From a virus, in IMG/VR virus record IMGVR_UViG_3300007351_000587: DNA of 64,000 bases; one strand, given 5' to 3'. A program made the position numbers and the translations under genes. Numbering within the stretch: the stretch's first letter is position 1; each line of letters opens with the position of its first letter. Under the pieces are notes generated by a model. It ran no database searches, was not told the origin of the DNA, and was given only the letters and a program-made list of their open reading frames with translations. This document shows, one piece after another, positions 1 through 9,317 of this stretch.

Positions 1-303
1 GGTAATTCTACCAGCAATATTGTAAAAGATTCTAATTCAGAACCTAAAGATGGGTATGTGTATTCTAGCGCTGTTATGAGAATTCTTACCAACCCACAGC
101 AAGATATTGAGACTAAGAAGCTCGCGTTTGAGTATGCTAAAATGCAAGATTCTAAGATGTCTACTCAATATATAAGCACTGATAATAACGTCCCAACTAA
201 GAATGTAAGCAAGACAGGTTATTGGACTATGTTTACTACCAGTATGGGAATGGTTCTTATGAGTATTGTTTGGATGTGTCGTAGATGGCATGAAGTAGCT
301 TAA
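1..303 (+). CDS. 3' part of a membrane protein; frame is open from the window edge (track start 58)
   Basis: No stop in frame from position 1; C-terminal hydrophobic segment YWTMFTTSMGMVLMSIVWMC. Confidence 0.55.
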   Translation, partial: GNSTSNIVKDSNSEPKDGYVYSSAVMRILTNPQQDIETKKLAFEYAKMQDSKMSTQYISTDNNVPTKNVSKTGYWTMFTTSMGMVLMSIVWMCRRWHEVA

Positions 304-317
304 TCACAATTTAATAT

Positions 318-351
318 GAGATGGTAGGATCGCCCACCTACCTTCTCTTTT
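318..351 (+). terminator. Probable intrinsic terminator
   Basis: GAGATGGTAGG...CCTACCTTCTC stem followed by TTTT just after the stop at 303. Confidence 0.5.
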
Positions 352-368
352 CCTGAGGAGGAAAAGAT

Positions 369-914
369 ATGTCATTTTTCGATTGGTTCAAACCAGATCC
401 ATCTAAGCTTCCAGAAAATAAGAAGATATCTGTACAACAATTCCAATTAGGTTCTGGTGCTGTAAATTCAGGATATATTGCTTGTAATGTTCTCACAAAA
501 AATGATATTTTAAATACAGTCCCTGGTTTTGATCCATCTCTTCCACATACAGAATGTAGCGTATGTCACAAGACCAGAAATGTATACAATCCATATAATG
601 GACCTTTGTATCCATGTCCAGATTGTGAGAAGAAACAGAAGTCTGTAATTAGTTTGGATGATCTAACAAATAAGATAATTCAAACCCAACAGAAGATGCA
701 AGAGATTGAGGAAAAGCTTAAAGAAACAACTCCTAAACGTGTATTTGCTACTGGTATAATGCCTTATGGTACATTAGCTTCTGTATCTTACACATTAGCT
801 TCTGGACTTTTAACATTACAATCTGGGGATTACGTTCAGCTTAATGTATGTTCTGGAATGGTGTATATTCCAACACCTAACATATATGATGGTTATAGAT
901 ATTGTTGTTCGTAG
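369..914 (+). CDS. Hypothetical protein with CxxC pairs and a coiled coil
   Basis: GAGGAGG SD; CSVC/CPDC motifs. Confidence 0.75.
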   Translation: MSFFDWFKPDPSKLPENKKISVQQFQLGSGAVNSGYIACNVLTKNDILNTVPGFDPSLPHTECSVCHKTRNVYNPYNGPLYPCPDCEKKQKSVISLDDLTNKIIQTQQKMQEIEEKLKETTPKRVFATGIMPYGTLASVSYTLASGLLTLQSGDYVQLNVCSGMVYIPTPNIYDGYRYCCS

Positions 915-920
915 AAAATA

Positions 921-1355
921 TTGTTTTTTATAGAGAATAGGAGGACAGTTTTATGCCAAAACTGTATTCTTTTTGATTGTGATGAAACTCTGGAAATTTC
1001 AAACGGACCTGTGAAGCTTCAATCTTTAGTTGATTTAAGAATAGCAGGGCATGTGGTAGGAATTTGTGGAAATTGGGGTCTTTTTGTGAAGATTCCTGGT
1101 TGGCAACACATAGCATCATTTATCAATTGTTGTTTGGTAGTGCAAGATCAAAATGGAAATATATATGGAGATAAAGCTTGGTTTTTATCTGAATTGAAAA
1201 AGTATATTCCAGCAGATGAATATGTGCATGTGGGGAACGAGTTTGGAAGGACAAATAGTCTGGGATTTGTATGTGGTTCTCATGATGGGGATGCTGCTAG
1301 AAAAGCAAATTGGCGTTTCCTGCTAGAAGACGAATTCAGTAGAGGTATGAGATAG
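921..1355 (+). CDS. HAD-superfamily hydrolase-like protein; true start probably ATG 953 with a +1 shift (see findings)
   Basis: FDCDETL DxD motif; late VGN...DGDAA motif; AGGAGG SD at 939-944. Confidence 0.65.
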   Translation: MFFIENRRTVLCQNCILFDCDETLEISNGPVKLQSLVDLRIAGHVVGICGNWGLFVKIPGWQHIASFINCCLVVQDQNGNIYGDKAWFLSELKKYIPADEYVHVGNEFGRTNSLGFVCGSHDGDAARKANWRFLLEDEFSRGMR

Positions 1356-1363
1356 GAGGTAAT

Positions 1364-2335
1364 ATGTCTAGAAAATCTAGAATTAGCCCATCTGATTTAG
1401 AAAATTGGGTTGATGGTGAACAGAATAAGCACATTTGTGATTGTGGATGTAAAGAATATATTCAGGTTTTGCCACAACATTGGTATAGCGGTATCCCAAA
1501 ATGTATTTCTAGACATAATTTACACAAACCTAGGGCAAAGAAATGGTTGTATCCAATAGGATATAAAATTGGGAGATTATTGTTAAGAACTCCTACAGTT
1601 GTTGAGAGTGGAAGAAAAGCTTGGGTTTGCGACTGTGAATGTGGTAATGAAAAGACTATTGTTGAATACACGTTAGGGAGAGTTCAATCTTGTGGCTGTT
1701 TACAAAAAGAGGCTAGGAAAAGACCTTGGACTAAAAAGCAAAGGGAAAGATTTTCCGACTTGAGGAAAGACATGTATAGACTAGGATTATACAAAATGCC
1801 TGAGAATAAAGGAGGATTAGGCAGAATACAACCACAAGAAGAAAAAGATAAAAGAGCTAACTCTTTAAGGGGTAAAAAAAGAACTTTAGATCAGTGTTTG
1901 AACATTTCAAATGGGTTAAAAGGATATTATTCTGATCCCAAAAACGTTGAGTTGTTGAGACAAAGAACTTTGGAATCATGGAAAGATCCAGTAATTGCAT
2001 CAAAAAGAATTTCTGCAATGTTAGCCAGTTCTTTAGTATTGCCAAACAAGTTAGAAAAATGGATGATGTGTATATTAGAGAGTATGTATCCTGATGAATG
2101 GAGATATGTTGGAGACGGTAAATTAATACTTGGACACAAATGTCCTGATTTTATCCACAAGACAAGAAATTTGATTATAGAAACTTTTGGTGTGTATTGG
2201 CATGAAAAAGAAGACGAGCCATTAAGAATTAGTCAATTTGATAAAATTGGGTTCAAAACACTGGTAATTTGGGAAGGGACAGATGAGGCAACATCAAGAA
2301 ATATGATTAAAGAATTTGTTGAGGAGGTACGTTAA
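1364..2335 (+). CDS. Free-standing homing-type endonuclease, Vsr/DUF559-like PD-(D/E)xK C-terminal domain
   Basis: CxCGC N-terminus, basic NUMOD-like repeats, CPDF...IIETFGVYWH...LVIWE nuclease motif. Confidence 0.75.
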   Translation: MSRKSRISPSDLENWVDGEQNKHICDCGCKEYIQVLPQHWYSGIPKCISRHNLHKPRAKKWLYPIGYKIGRLLLRTPTVVESGRKAWVCDCECGNEKTIVEYTLGRVQSCGCLQKEARKRPWTKKQRERFSDLRKDMYRLGLYKMPENKGGLGRIQPQEEKDKRANSLRGKKRTLDQCLNISNGLKGYYSDPKNVELLRQRTLESWKDPVIASKRISAMLASSLVLPNKLEKWMMCILESMYPDEWRYVGDGKLILGHKCPDFIHKTRNLIIETFGVYWHEKEDEPLRISQFDKIGFKTLVIWEGTDEATSRNMIKEFVEEVR

Positions 2336-2770
2336 ATGGCATCATGTTGTAATAATTATCCTGGGAAGAATTATTGTGCTGATTGTGGAGCAAATTTAGC
2401 TGCTGTTCAATCTGGATCTGGTTCTTATAGATCAGTTCCACTATTCCATTCTGGTTCAATATCAATAGGATATCCTTATTCTGGCTCTATTATTTGTGGT
2501 TCTATTCCATCTGGTTTAGTAATGTCTGGTATGTATACTGGTGGAACGCTACAATCAGGTTCCATTTGTTCTGGTACTATTAATCTTAATGGTTCTTCAT
2601 CTGGAACTTATATTTCTGGAATCATGGGTGGATTAACAGGCAGAAATTTTCATTATGGTGTCAGTGGTCGTATGCTAGGAAAGCCGTCTGCATTTAAACA
2701 AGATCCATCTGACCAAGTTGTTTCTATTCCCAAAAAGAAAAACCCATTTTACGTTCATAATGAGTGGTAA
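2336..2770 (+). CDS. Hypothetical protein with Zn-ribbon-like N-terminus, SG-rich repeats and C-terminal NPFY
   Basis: ORF track; CADCG; repeated GS(I/L) units. Confidence 0.65.
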   Translation: MASCCNNYPGKNYCADCGANLAAVQSGSGSYRSVPLFHSGSISIGYPYSGSIICGSIPSGLVMSGMYTGGTLQSGSICSGTINLNGSSSGTYISGIMGGLTGRNFHYGVSGRMLGKPSAFKQDPSDQVVSIPKKKNPFYVHNEW

Positions 2771-2773
2771 ATA

Positions 2774-3739
2774 ATGAGTGAAATACTACAACCTTTTTTC
2801 CCTTATAATGGTGGTATATTTGCTACTGTTATTCTTCCTTCAAGGAAAAGACCTGCTTTATTGTGTAAAGCAATAGATTCTATCTATAGTTTGGCTGTAA
2901 ATAAGAATCATATTGAATTTATTGTTAAGGCTGATAGTGATGACCAAGAAACTCTTGATCTTTGTGAAAAACTTAGAAATTCTATCAATTTGAAAGTATT
3001 GGTGACCGATAGAGAAGATGGTTATTTGGGAATGCATAGATGGATAAACGAAATTGCACTAAAGCATGCAAAGGGTGATTGGTTATTTTTGTTTACAGAT
3101 GATGCTATTTTTGCTGGAGATGAATATCCAGAAGTAAGTGCTCAGAATTGGGACCAAAAACTGTTTGTTACAGCATTTGATAATACAGCTACTTGGCATG
3201 GTTGTCCTGATATATGTTCTTTAATCTGTTCTACATCTACTAGATCGTTTTCAGATTTCATTTTTGTTAGACGAAAAGTCATAGAAATATTAGGACATTA
3301 TTCTCCTATAACATGGACAAATATATATCTTCAAGCGGTATTGTGTTTTATCTCTTCTTCTTTTAGATACCAATTAGGTGTAATACACAATAGGGAAAAT
3401 GATAGAGCAGAAGATGAGGATATTTCAAGAAAAATTGCTCTGTTACAGGTAAATAATATTGAGGGAATTGAATTAAGAGCAAAAGATACTAAAAAACTAA
3501 TATCCTATATTGAGGATTGGAGAAGGAAGAGATGTGCAATTTGTAGAAAGTATTTGACTGAAGAATATTGGCTTCCAAGTGAAACCAAATCTTATATCAG
3601 GCTAGATTCAGGTTGCCATCATGGTGAATTCAACGTTTGCATCAATTGTGCCGACTATAATAGTTCTAGAAAGGCCGATTGTCCTATTTGCGGGTTAGAA
3701 ACGGCAATTCCAAGGGAAGAATTGGTTATTACATTTTAG
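2774..3739 (+). CDS. Glycosyltransferase family 2-like protein with a C-terminal Cys-rich (RING-like) region
   Basis: VILPSRKRP start, IVKADSDD, AKGDWLFLFTDD (GT-A DxD-like); CAIC...CHH...CINC...CPIC. Confidence 0.7.
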   Translation: MSEILQPFFPYNGGIFATVILPSRKRPALLCKAIDSIYSLAVNKNHIEFIVKADSDDQETLDLCEKLRNSINLKVLVTDREDGYLGMHRWINEIALKHAKGDWLFLFTDDAIFAGDEYPEVSAQNWDQKLFVTAFDNTATWHGCPDICSLICSTSTRSFSDFIFVRRKVIEILGHYSPITWTNIYLQAVLCFISSSFRYQLGVIHNRENDRAEDEDISRKIALLQVNNIEGIELRAKDTKKLISYIEDWRRKRCAICRKYLTEEYWLPSETKSYIRLDSGCHHGEFNVCINCADYNSSRKADCPICGLETAIPREELVITF

Positions 3740-3747
3740 GAGTTGAA

Positions 3748-3975
3748 ATGTCTTATCATATTATTTATCCACCTGATCCAGATTGTGAAAAATGTAAGGG
3801 AACAGGAGATTATTTTACAGAACCTGTTGGGAACATAAGAACATCTCACAGTAGTATATTCAATTCAATAGTTTATTGTGATTGTCGCAGGTATGATAAT
3901 ATTCAAAAGATTCAAGATAGATGTAACCATAAGTATCAATGTAAATGCACAGAATGTGGAAAGGTGAAAGAATAA
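3748..3975 (+). CDS. Small Cys-rich hypothetical protein
   Basis: AGGAG SD before ATG 3748; CEKCKGTG motif. Confidence 0.6.
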   Translation: MSYHIIYPPDPDCEKCKGTGDYFTEPVGNIRTSHSSIFNSIVYCDCRRYDNIQKIQDRCNHKYQCKCTECGKVKE

Positions 3976-4221
3976 ATGCCAAAACATCCTGGTGGAATGT
4001 CTAAGAAGAAGTCTATTGGAACAGCATGGGAAAGAATTCAATATGCAAGAGCTCGTAAAGTTAGAGGTAATGGTTTAACTCCTTATACTGCAAGACGTCA
4101 ATATTTTGGCAGAGCTAGACCTGTAGTTCCATATAATACAGAAATTAGTAATCAAAAGAATTTTATTAGCGAAGAGCGAATGGAAGAATTGGTTGATGCA
4201 CTCGCTAAAAAGTTACAGTGA
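3976..4221 (+). CDS. Basic hypothetical protein
   Basis: ORF track; abuts upstream stop. Confidence 0.55.
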   Translation: MPKHPGGMSKKKSIGTAWERIQYARARKVRGNGLTPYTARRQYFGRARPVVPYNTEISNQKNFISEERMEELVDALAKKLQ

Positions 4222-4228
4222 AAACCCT

Positions 4229-4254
4229 AAACTTTTATTTGTTTACAACGTCTA
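4229..4254 (+). promoter_or_regulatory. ECF-type promoter, copy 1 (AAAC-N16-CGTCTA)
   Basis: AAAC 4229-32, 16-nt spacer, CGTCTA 4249-54; same geometry at 4 intergenic sites. Confidence 0.75.
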
Positions 4255-4276
4255 AAGGTTAGAGAGGGTTTAATAA

Positions 4277-4591
4277 ATGATAGTAGTCGGTCCAGGTTAC
4301 GGTTATTTAGATTCTATTCCTGAATTAGAAGAAAAGTGGAAACAAGAAACAAGTAAAATTGCAGACTTTATTCTTTTGTGTCTTAATCAAGGTCCATCAA
4401 AAGGTCTTAAAAGGAATGATATTTTAGATTTATACGAAATTGAATGTGAAGATAGAGGAATGACTAGAACTCAAAGACGGGACGCTGTTGATAGTTTTGC
4501 TTATAGATTTGCTGATGCTGTGTGGAAACTACACAGAGAGTATAAAATAGAATGGTCCCCAGACCATATTTTCTTTTTGAGAAAGAAATAA
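4277..4591 (+). CDS. Hypothetical protein
   Basis: ORF track; downstream of promoter copy 1. Confidence 0.65.
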   Translation: MIVVGPGYGYLDSIPELEEKWKQETSKIADFILLCLNQGPSKGLKRNDILDLYEIECEDRGMTRTQRRDAVDSFAYRFADAVWKLHREYKIEWSPDHIFFLRKK

Positions 4592-4671
4592 TGCAAAATC
4601 TATTTGTTCAAGGTGATTTTACTCTTAATTCTGGACTAAAGAGTAACTGGAAAATAGTGTTAGACATTTGA
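4591..4671 (+). pseudogene. Stranded original 5' end of the PRTase gene (MQNLFVQGDFTLNSGLKSNWKIVLDI*)
   Basis: TAATG coupling to upstream gene; aligns with LFRSGNYRLHSGEMSTYKI at 5376. Confidence 0.75.
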
Positions 4672-4688
4672 AATAAGAATAATTATAA

Positions 4689-5768
4689 ATGTGTGTTGAT
4701 ATATTTTCTGATATTTTGTTGAACCTTAACTCAGGTGTTTATTGTTTTAGAAATTTTACCACTGGTAAAAGATATATTGGCTCAGCTTCTGTGTCTTTTA
4801 GAAATAGATTTTTAGGCTACAAAAGATCCTTGAGAAAAGGAGTTTGTCATAACAAATTACTGCAGAGAGCTTGGAATAAATATGGCGAATTGGATTTTGA
4901 GATAATAGTAGTAGAAATATGTTCTCCAGAAAATTGTATAGAAAGAGAAACTTATTGGATTTCTTTTTTCAATTCTGCCAATAAGAAGTTAGGGTACAAT
5001 ATTTGCCCAACAGGGAGAAATCACCTAGGAACTAAATTGACTTCTTCACATAAGAGAAAAATAGGAAAATCTAACTCTGTTGCGTTGTTAGGTAAAAAGG
5101 ATTCTTTAGAAACTAAAAAGAGAAAATCTGAGGCTTCTAAAGGAAAACCCAAAACTGTTTCACATAAATTAAATATATCCAAAAGTTTGACAGGAGTTAA
5201 TCGGGACGATAAGCTATCATTACTAGCAAGAATGACTTTACGACTAATTGCTAATAATCCTGAAATAACAAAACCTAAATTATTTGCTGATAATTTTTAT
5301 TGGAGGTACCCTGGGTTGTGGAAATCATTTAATTCTTGTAAATATGCTTTTAGGAAGTATTTTTCTAGGAAGGAGTTGTTTAGGTCGGGAAATTATAGAT
5401 TACATTCAGGTGAAATGTCAACATATAAAATTGATTGTAGTGTGTTGGCAGATTCTGATTGGAACACTTTAGCAAGTTTAGCCACAAATGTGTTACCTAA
5501 GTTTGGTAAAGTTGTTAGCGTCCCAACAGGTGGTGATATTTTTGCTTCTTGTTTGGAACAGTATGCTACTAAACGTGATACTGATCCAATACTAGTTGTT
5601 GATGATGTCTTGACAACAGGCAGATCCATGGAAGAAGTTAGAAATAGTATTGTTGGGAGTAATACGGAAGGCCCAAATAAAGTTATAGGTGTTGTTGCAT
5701 TTTCTAGAGGAAATTGTCCTGGGTGGATTACACCACTATTTCAATTCAATTATAGAGACCATCAGTGA
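4689..5768 (+). CDS. GIY-YIG endonuclease fused in frame to an orotate-PRTase-like (type I PRTase) domain (PRTase from ~5376)
   Basis: GVYCFRN...RYIGSA GIY-YIG motif, NUMOD3-like repeats; LHSG and LVVDDVLTTGRS PRPP-binding motif. Confidence 0.85.
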   Translation: MCVDIFSDILLNLNSGVYCFRNFTTGKRYIGSASVSFRNRFLGYKRSLRKGVCHNKLLQRAWNKYGELDFEIIVVEICSPENCIERETYWISFFNSANKKLGYNICPTGRNHLGTKLTSSHKRKIGKSNSVALLGKKDSLETKKRKSEASKGKPKTVSHKLNISKSLTGVNRDDKLSLLARMTLRLIANNPEITKPKLFADNFYWRYPGLWKSFNSCKYAFRKYFSRKELFRSGNYRLHSGEMSTYKIDCSVLADSDWNTLASLATNVLPKFGKVVSVPTGGDIFASCLEQYATKRDTDPILVVDDVLTTGRSMEEVRNSIVGSNTEGPNKVIGVVAFSRGNCPGWITPLFQFNYRDHQ

Positions 5769-6172
5769 ATATAGTGGTTTTAAGCATAGATAACGCGATG
5801 GATTTCAAATGTTCAGAGCCTTGGGCAGTAATAAGCGTTGTATCTGATGGAAGTCATCCTAAGTTATCTGCTGATAATAGGGTGGGTTTGTTGAGATTAG
5901 CATTTTGGGATGTAGATGATGTGATTCCATATCGTCCTAGAATGACTGAAGATCAGAGTATAGAGGTTTGGAAATTTATAGATGAAGTGTGGGATAAAAT
6001 ATCAACATTGGTTGTTCATTGTGAAGGTGGAATTTCTAGGTCTTCAGCAATAGCAGCAGCGATATCTAAAATTAAACTAGGCCATGAAGGTGGATTTTTT
6101 AGAACTCACATACCTAATAGGTATGTATATTCAACATTGTTAAGAGTTAATGAAAATAGGAAGAAACAATAA
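5765..6172 (+). CDS. Protein-tyrosine/dual-specificity phosphatase-like protein
   Basis: VHCEGGISRS CX5R motif. Confidence 0.8.
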   Translation: MNIVVLSIDNAMDFKCSEPWAVISVVSDGSHPKLSADNRVGLLRLAFWDVDDVIPYRPRMTEDQSIEVWKFIDEVWDKISTLVVHCEGGISRSSAIAAAISKIKLGHEGGFFRTHIPNRYVYSTLLRVNENRKKQ

Positions 6173-6184
6173 GGAGAATTAGTT

Positions 6185-6556
6185 ATGAGTGAAGAGTATG
6201 AAGATCTTGGCGAGCTTGTGCAGCAAGCTTTTGATAAGTATTTATTGGAACGTCTTCCGGGATTGATGGAAAAACACATGCCGCTTGTGGACAATCTAAT
6301 TGCTCAACGTATTAATGGTGGCTATACGCCAGAACTCAACAAAGAATATTTTAATCGTATTCAAAGTATTGTTGAAACTACAGTTGGTAATTATTTGCGA
6401 GTTGGTGGGGGAAGGGATATAGTTGATTCGACAGTTTTGAAATATCTTGATAAGAAACTTGAAGAGCATATAGAGAGTCAGGTTAAATGGCGTGTTAGTA
6501 GATTCATGGAAAGAATTCAAAAGAAGTTTGAGGAAGAAACCAAAGGAGTATCTTAA
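6185..6556 (+). CDS. Hypothetical protein
   Basis: AGGAG SD; ORF track. Confidence 0.65.
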   Translation: MSEEYEDLGELVQQAFDKYLLERLPGLMEKHMPLVDNLIAQRINGGYTPELNKEYFNRIQSIVETTVGNYLRVGGGRDIVDSTVLKYLDKKLEEHIESQVKWRVSRFMERIQKKFEEETKGVS

Positions 6557-6558
6557 TT

Positions 6559-7917
6559 ATGGATAATTTATTGCTGATGACCGACTCTTACAAAGTGTCT
6601 CATTGGAAACAGTATCCGCCAGGGACGGAAACAGTTTACTCTAATTTTGAGTCTCGTGGTGGTAAATGGAATGATATTGTATTTTTTGGATTGCAATATC
6701 TGTTAGAGAAGTATTTAGAATCATGGAGAGTGACCCAACCTAATATTCTAGAAGCTGCTGATCTTCTTAAGAACCATATTGGACATTTTAATTCAGAGGG
6801 TTGGTATCATATACTCGACAAACATAATGGTCATCTTCCAGTAAGTATTAAAGCTGTACCAGAAGGAACTGTAGTTCCTGTTCATAATGTATTGATGACC
6901 ATTGAAAACACTGATCCTAAATGTTACTGGTTAACCAATTATTTAGAAACACTTCTTGTACAGACTTGGTATCCATGCACTGTAGCAACTCAGTCTAGAG
7001 AAATGAAGAAGATCCTTTTAGATTATTTAAACATAACAGGCACTCCAGCTGATATTGACTTCAAGTTGCATGATTTTGGATTTAGGGGAGTTTCTTCTGT
7101 AGAGTCTGCTGGAATTGGTGGAGCAGCGCATTTAGTTAATTTCAAAGGAACTGATACATTAGCTGGTATTGTGTTAGCTGAAAAGTACTATGCTGCTAAT
7201 ATGCCTGGATTTAGTATTCCAGCAGCTGAGCATTCTACTATTACTTCTTGGGGCAGAGATAAAGAAGTTGATGCATTTAGAAATATGCTGGATCAATACC
7301 CTAAAGGTTTAGTTGCGGTTGTAAGCGACTCTTATAACATCTATAACGCTTGTAGGAACTTGTGGGGAATAGAATTAAAGGACAAGGTCATTTCCCGAGA
7401 TGGAACTGTGGTAGTACGTCCTGACAGTGGAGATCCAATTACTACAGTTATCCACGTTTTGGATGCGTTAGGGGAGAATTTTGGAACTGTTAAGAACAAA
7501 AAGGGATATAAAGTGTTACCATCACAGTTGAGAATTATTCAAGGTGATGGTATAGATATTGTGATGATGCAAAGAATCCTTGATAATATGTATATGCGTG
7601 GTTATTCTGCTGATAATATTGCGTTTGGATCTGGTGGTGGATTACTTCAGAAGTTGGATAGGGATACTTGTAAGTTTGCATTTAAATGTTCTTCAGTAAC
7701 TGTAAATGGTGAAGAAAGAGATGTTTGGAAGGATCCTATTACTGATTCTGGAAAGAAATCTAAGCGTGGCAAATTGAAATTAATCAAAACAGAAGATGGT
7801 TTTAAGACTGTTAGGAACACTGAACAAGGCGATGATAACTTAGTTGAAGTATTTAGAGATGGTAAGATTTTAGTTCGACATACATTTGATGAAATTCGTG
7901 AAAGAGCTAAGATTTAA
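6559..7917 (+). CDS. nadV: Nicotinamide phosphoribosyltransferase family protein (NAMPT/NadV or its phage paralog Namat)
   Basis: TDSYKVSH, LHDFGFRG, PAAEHS, VVSDSY, VRPDSGDP, IIQGDG, FGSGGGLLQK motifs. Confidence 0.92.
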   Translation: MDNLLLMTDSYKVSHWKQYPPGTETVYSNFESRGGKWNDIVFFGLQYLLEKYLESWRVTQPNILEAADLLKNHIGHFNSEGWYHILDKHNGHLPVSIKAVPEGTVVPVHNVLMTIENTDPKCYWLTNYLETLLVQTWYPCTVATQSREMKKILLDYLNITGTPADIDFKLHDFGFRGVSSVESAGIGGAAHLVNFKGTDTLAGIVLAEKYYAANMPGFSIPAAEHSTITSWGRDKEVDAFRNMLDQYPKGLVAVVSDSYNIYNACRNLWGIELKDKVISRDGTVVVRPDSGDPITTVIHVLDALGENFGTVKNKKGYKVLPSQLRIIQGDGIDIVMMQRILDNMYMRGYSADNIAFGSGGGLLQKLDRDTCKFAFKCSSVTVNGEERDVWKDPITDSGKKSKRGKLKLIKTEDGFKTVRNTEQGDDNLVEVFRDGKILVRHTFDEIRERAKI

Positions 7918-7919
7918 CC

Positions 7920-8234
7920 ATGTACACATTATTTGTTAGTTTGGTATTGTTTTGTCATATGTTGTGCGCTCCTCCAATCTTGTGGGATGTTTACATTATT
8001 GTGGAGCGGAAACCAGATGAATGGAAACAAGATAAAGATGGCAAAATTGAGTGGCACCGAAACGGCATTATTCATTTATCAAGGAGTATTACAGATGAAG
8101 AACGAGACCATTTGTGGAGAAGTTTATATGAATCAATACCACGTTTGACTAATAGTATCCGTGGTTCTAACTTTGTCAGAGAGTCAGATGTGAAGATTGT
8201 TTGGGGCATTGTTGATATCACTGATGAAGAGTAA
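7920..8234 (+). CDS. Hypothetical protein with hydrophobic N-terminus
   Basis: ORF track. Confidence 0.55.
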   Translation: MYTLFVSLVLFCHMLCAPPILWDVYIIVERKPDEWKQDKDGKIEWHRNGIIHLSRSITDEERDHLWRSLYESIPRLTNSIRGSNFVRESDVKIVWGIVDITDEE

Positions 8235-8269
8235 AGTATGAAAGTTACAAACCATAATAGGAGAAATTT

Positions 8270-8686
8270 ATGAGTAATTTGAACAAGGTAATTTTGATCG
8301 GTCGTCCTACCAGAGACCCTGAGGTTCGTACATTTACGGATGGCGGAAAGTTAGTTACTTTCCGTTTTGCTGTAAACAATCGTAGAAAGAATAAAGATAC
8401 TGGTGAATATGAAGACAACGCTGTTTTCATTGATTGTAAGGCAAATAACAGAGGTACTCGTAAGTTAGCAGATACTGTAGAAAAGTATGTGTTTAAAGGT
8501 AAGTTGTTGTGTTTGGAAGGTCATTTGGTGCTTGATGAGTGGACTGGTAAGGAAGATGGTAAGAATCACCAAGCATTAAGAGTAGCTATTGATGATCTTC
8601 ATTTTATTGACTCAAAGAAGGACACTCCAGTAAGTGAGCCTCCATTTGTTGAATGTGAGGAAGATTTTGGAGTAGATCCATTTTAA
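8270..8686 (+). CDS. ssb: Single-stranded DNA-binding protein
   Basis: LNKVILIGRPTRDPEVR; acidic tail ending DPF. Confidence 0.92.
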   Translation: MSNLNKVILIGRPTRDPEVRTFTDGGKLVTFRFAVNNRRKNKDTGEYEDNAVFIDCKANNRGTRKLADTVEKYVFKGKLLCLEGHLVLDEWTGKEDGKNHQALRVAIDDLHFIDSKKDTPVSEPPFVECEEDFGVDPF

Positions 8687-8696
8687 AGAGGCTGTA

Positions 8697-8996
8697 ATGA
8701 CTAAGGAAGAAGCTAGAATTATTTTGTTGGAAGATGCTTTACGTCAAGCACAACACACAGTTGAGTTTTTACATAATTGTTTACTTTATCCTTCTGACCA
8801 TCATATGAATGGCGGATATAATTATGCATATCCAGAACAAACCTTAAAACATTTGGAAGACTGGAATAAGTTAGCTCCAAAAGAGATTTTTTGTAACCAT
8901 TCTAGGTATGAGGAAAGTTGTAAATCTTGTGTTGATAGGGTTAATGAATATAAAAGACTGATCGAAGCCAAGGAGATCATAGATGATTGCTATTAA
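8697..8996 (+). CDS. Hypothetical protein
   Basis: ORF track. Confidence 0.6.
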   Translation: MTKEEARIILLEDALRQAQHTVEFLHNCLLYPSDHHMNGGYNYAYPEQTLKHLEDWNKLAPKEIFCNHSRYEESCKSCVDRVNEYKRLIEAKEIIDDCY

Positions 8997-9077
8997 AGGT
9001 GATTGTTCAGTGTGTAAAAGTTGGGAAGGCAAATGTATACCTGATGATTTAAAAGTGTATTTAGGGTTATAGAATAA

Positions 9078-9317
9078 TTGGATACTTTTTCCAAATCAAT
9101 TAATAACAAGAACAAAATAGCACATTGGTGGGGATCGGACCCATCAATGGATTTAATTTTTCATAGAAATGGGATTCTTCAGGTTTGGAAAGGCGATGAT
9201 CCAGATAAGTATTTGGAAAAACAATACATAGATGCAACAATGGATAATGCTATAGAATTAGCTGATACGTTAAGTTTAGTTAGAGTTATCTATATAGATG
9301 AAAATACTGGCTATTAG
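9078..9317 (+). CDS. Hypothetical protein
   Basis: ORF track. Confidence 0.5.
   Translation: MDTFSKSINNKNKIAHWWGSDPSMDLIFHRNGILQVWKGDDPDKYLEKQYIDATMDNAIELADTLSLVRVIYIDENTGY

Noticed and set aside
4689-7917. Complete NARP1 operon (PRTase taken as Adps)
   Set aside because: The PRTase is a single ~130-aa PyrE-like domain, not a two-domain PRPP-synthetase-like protein.
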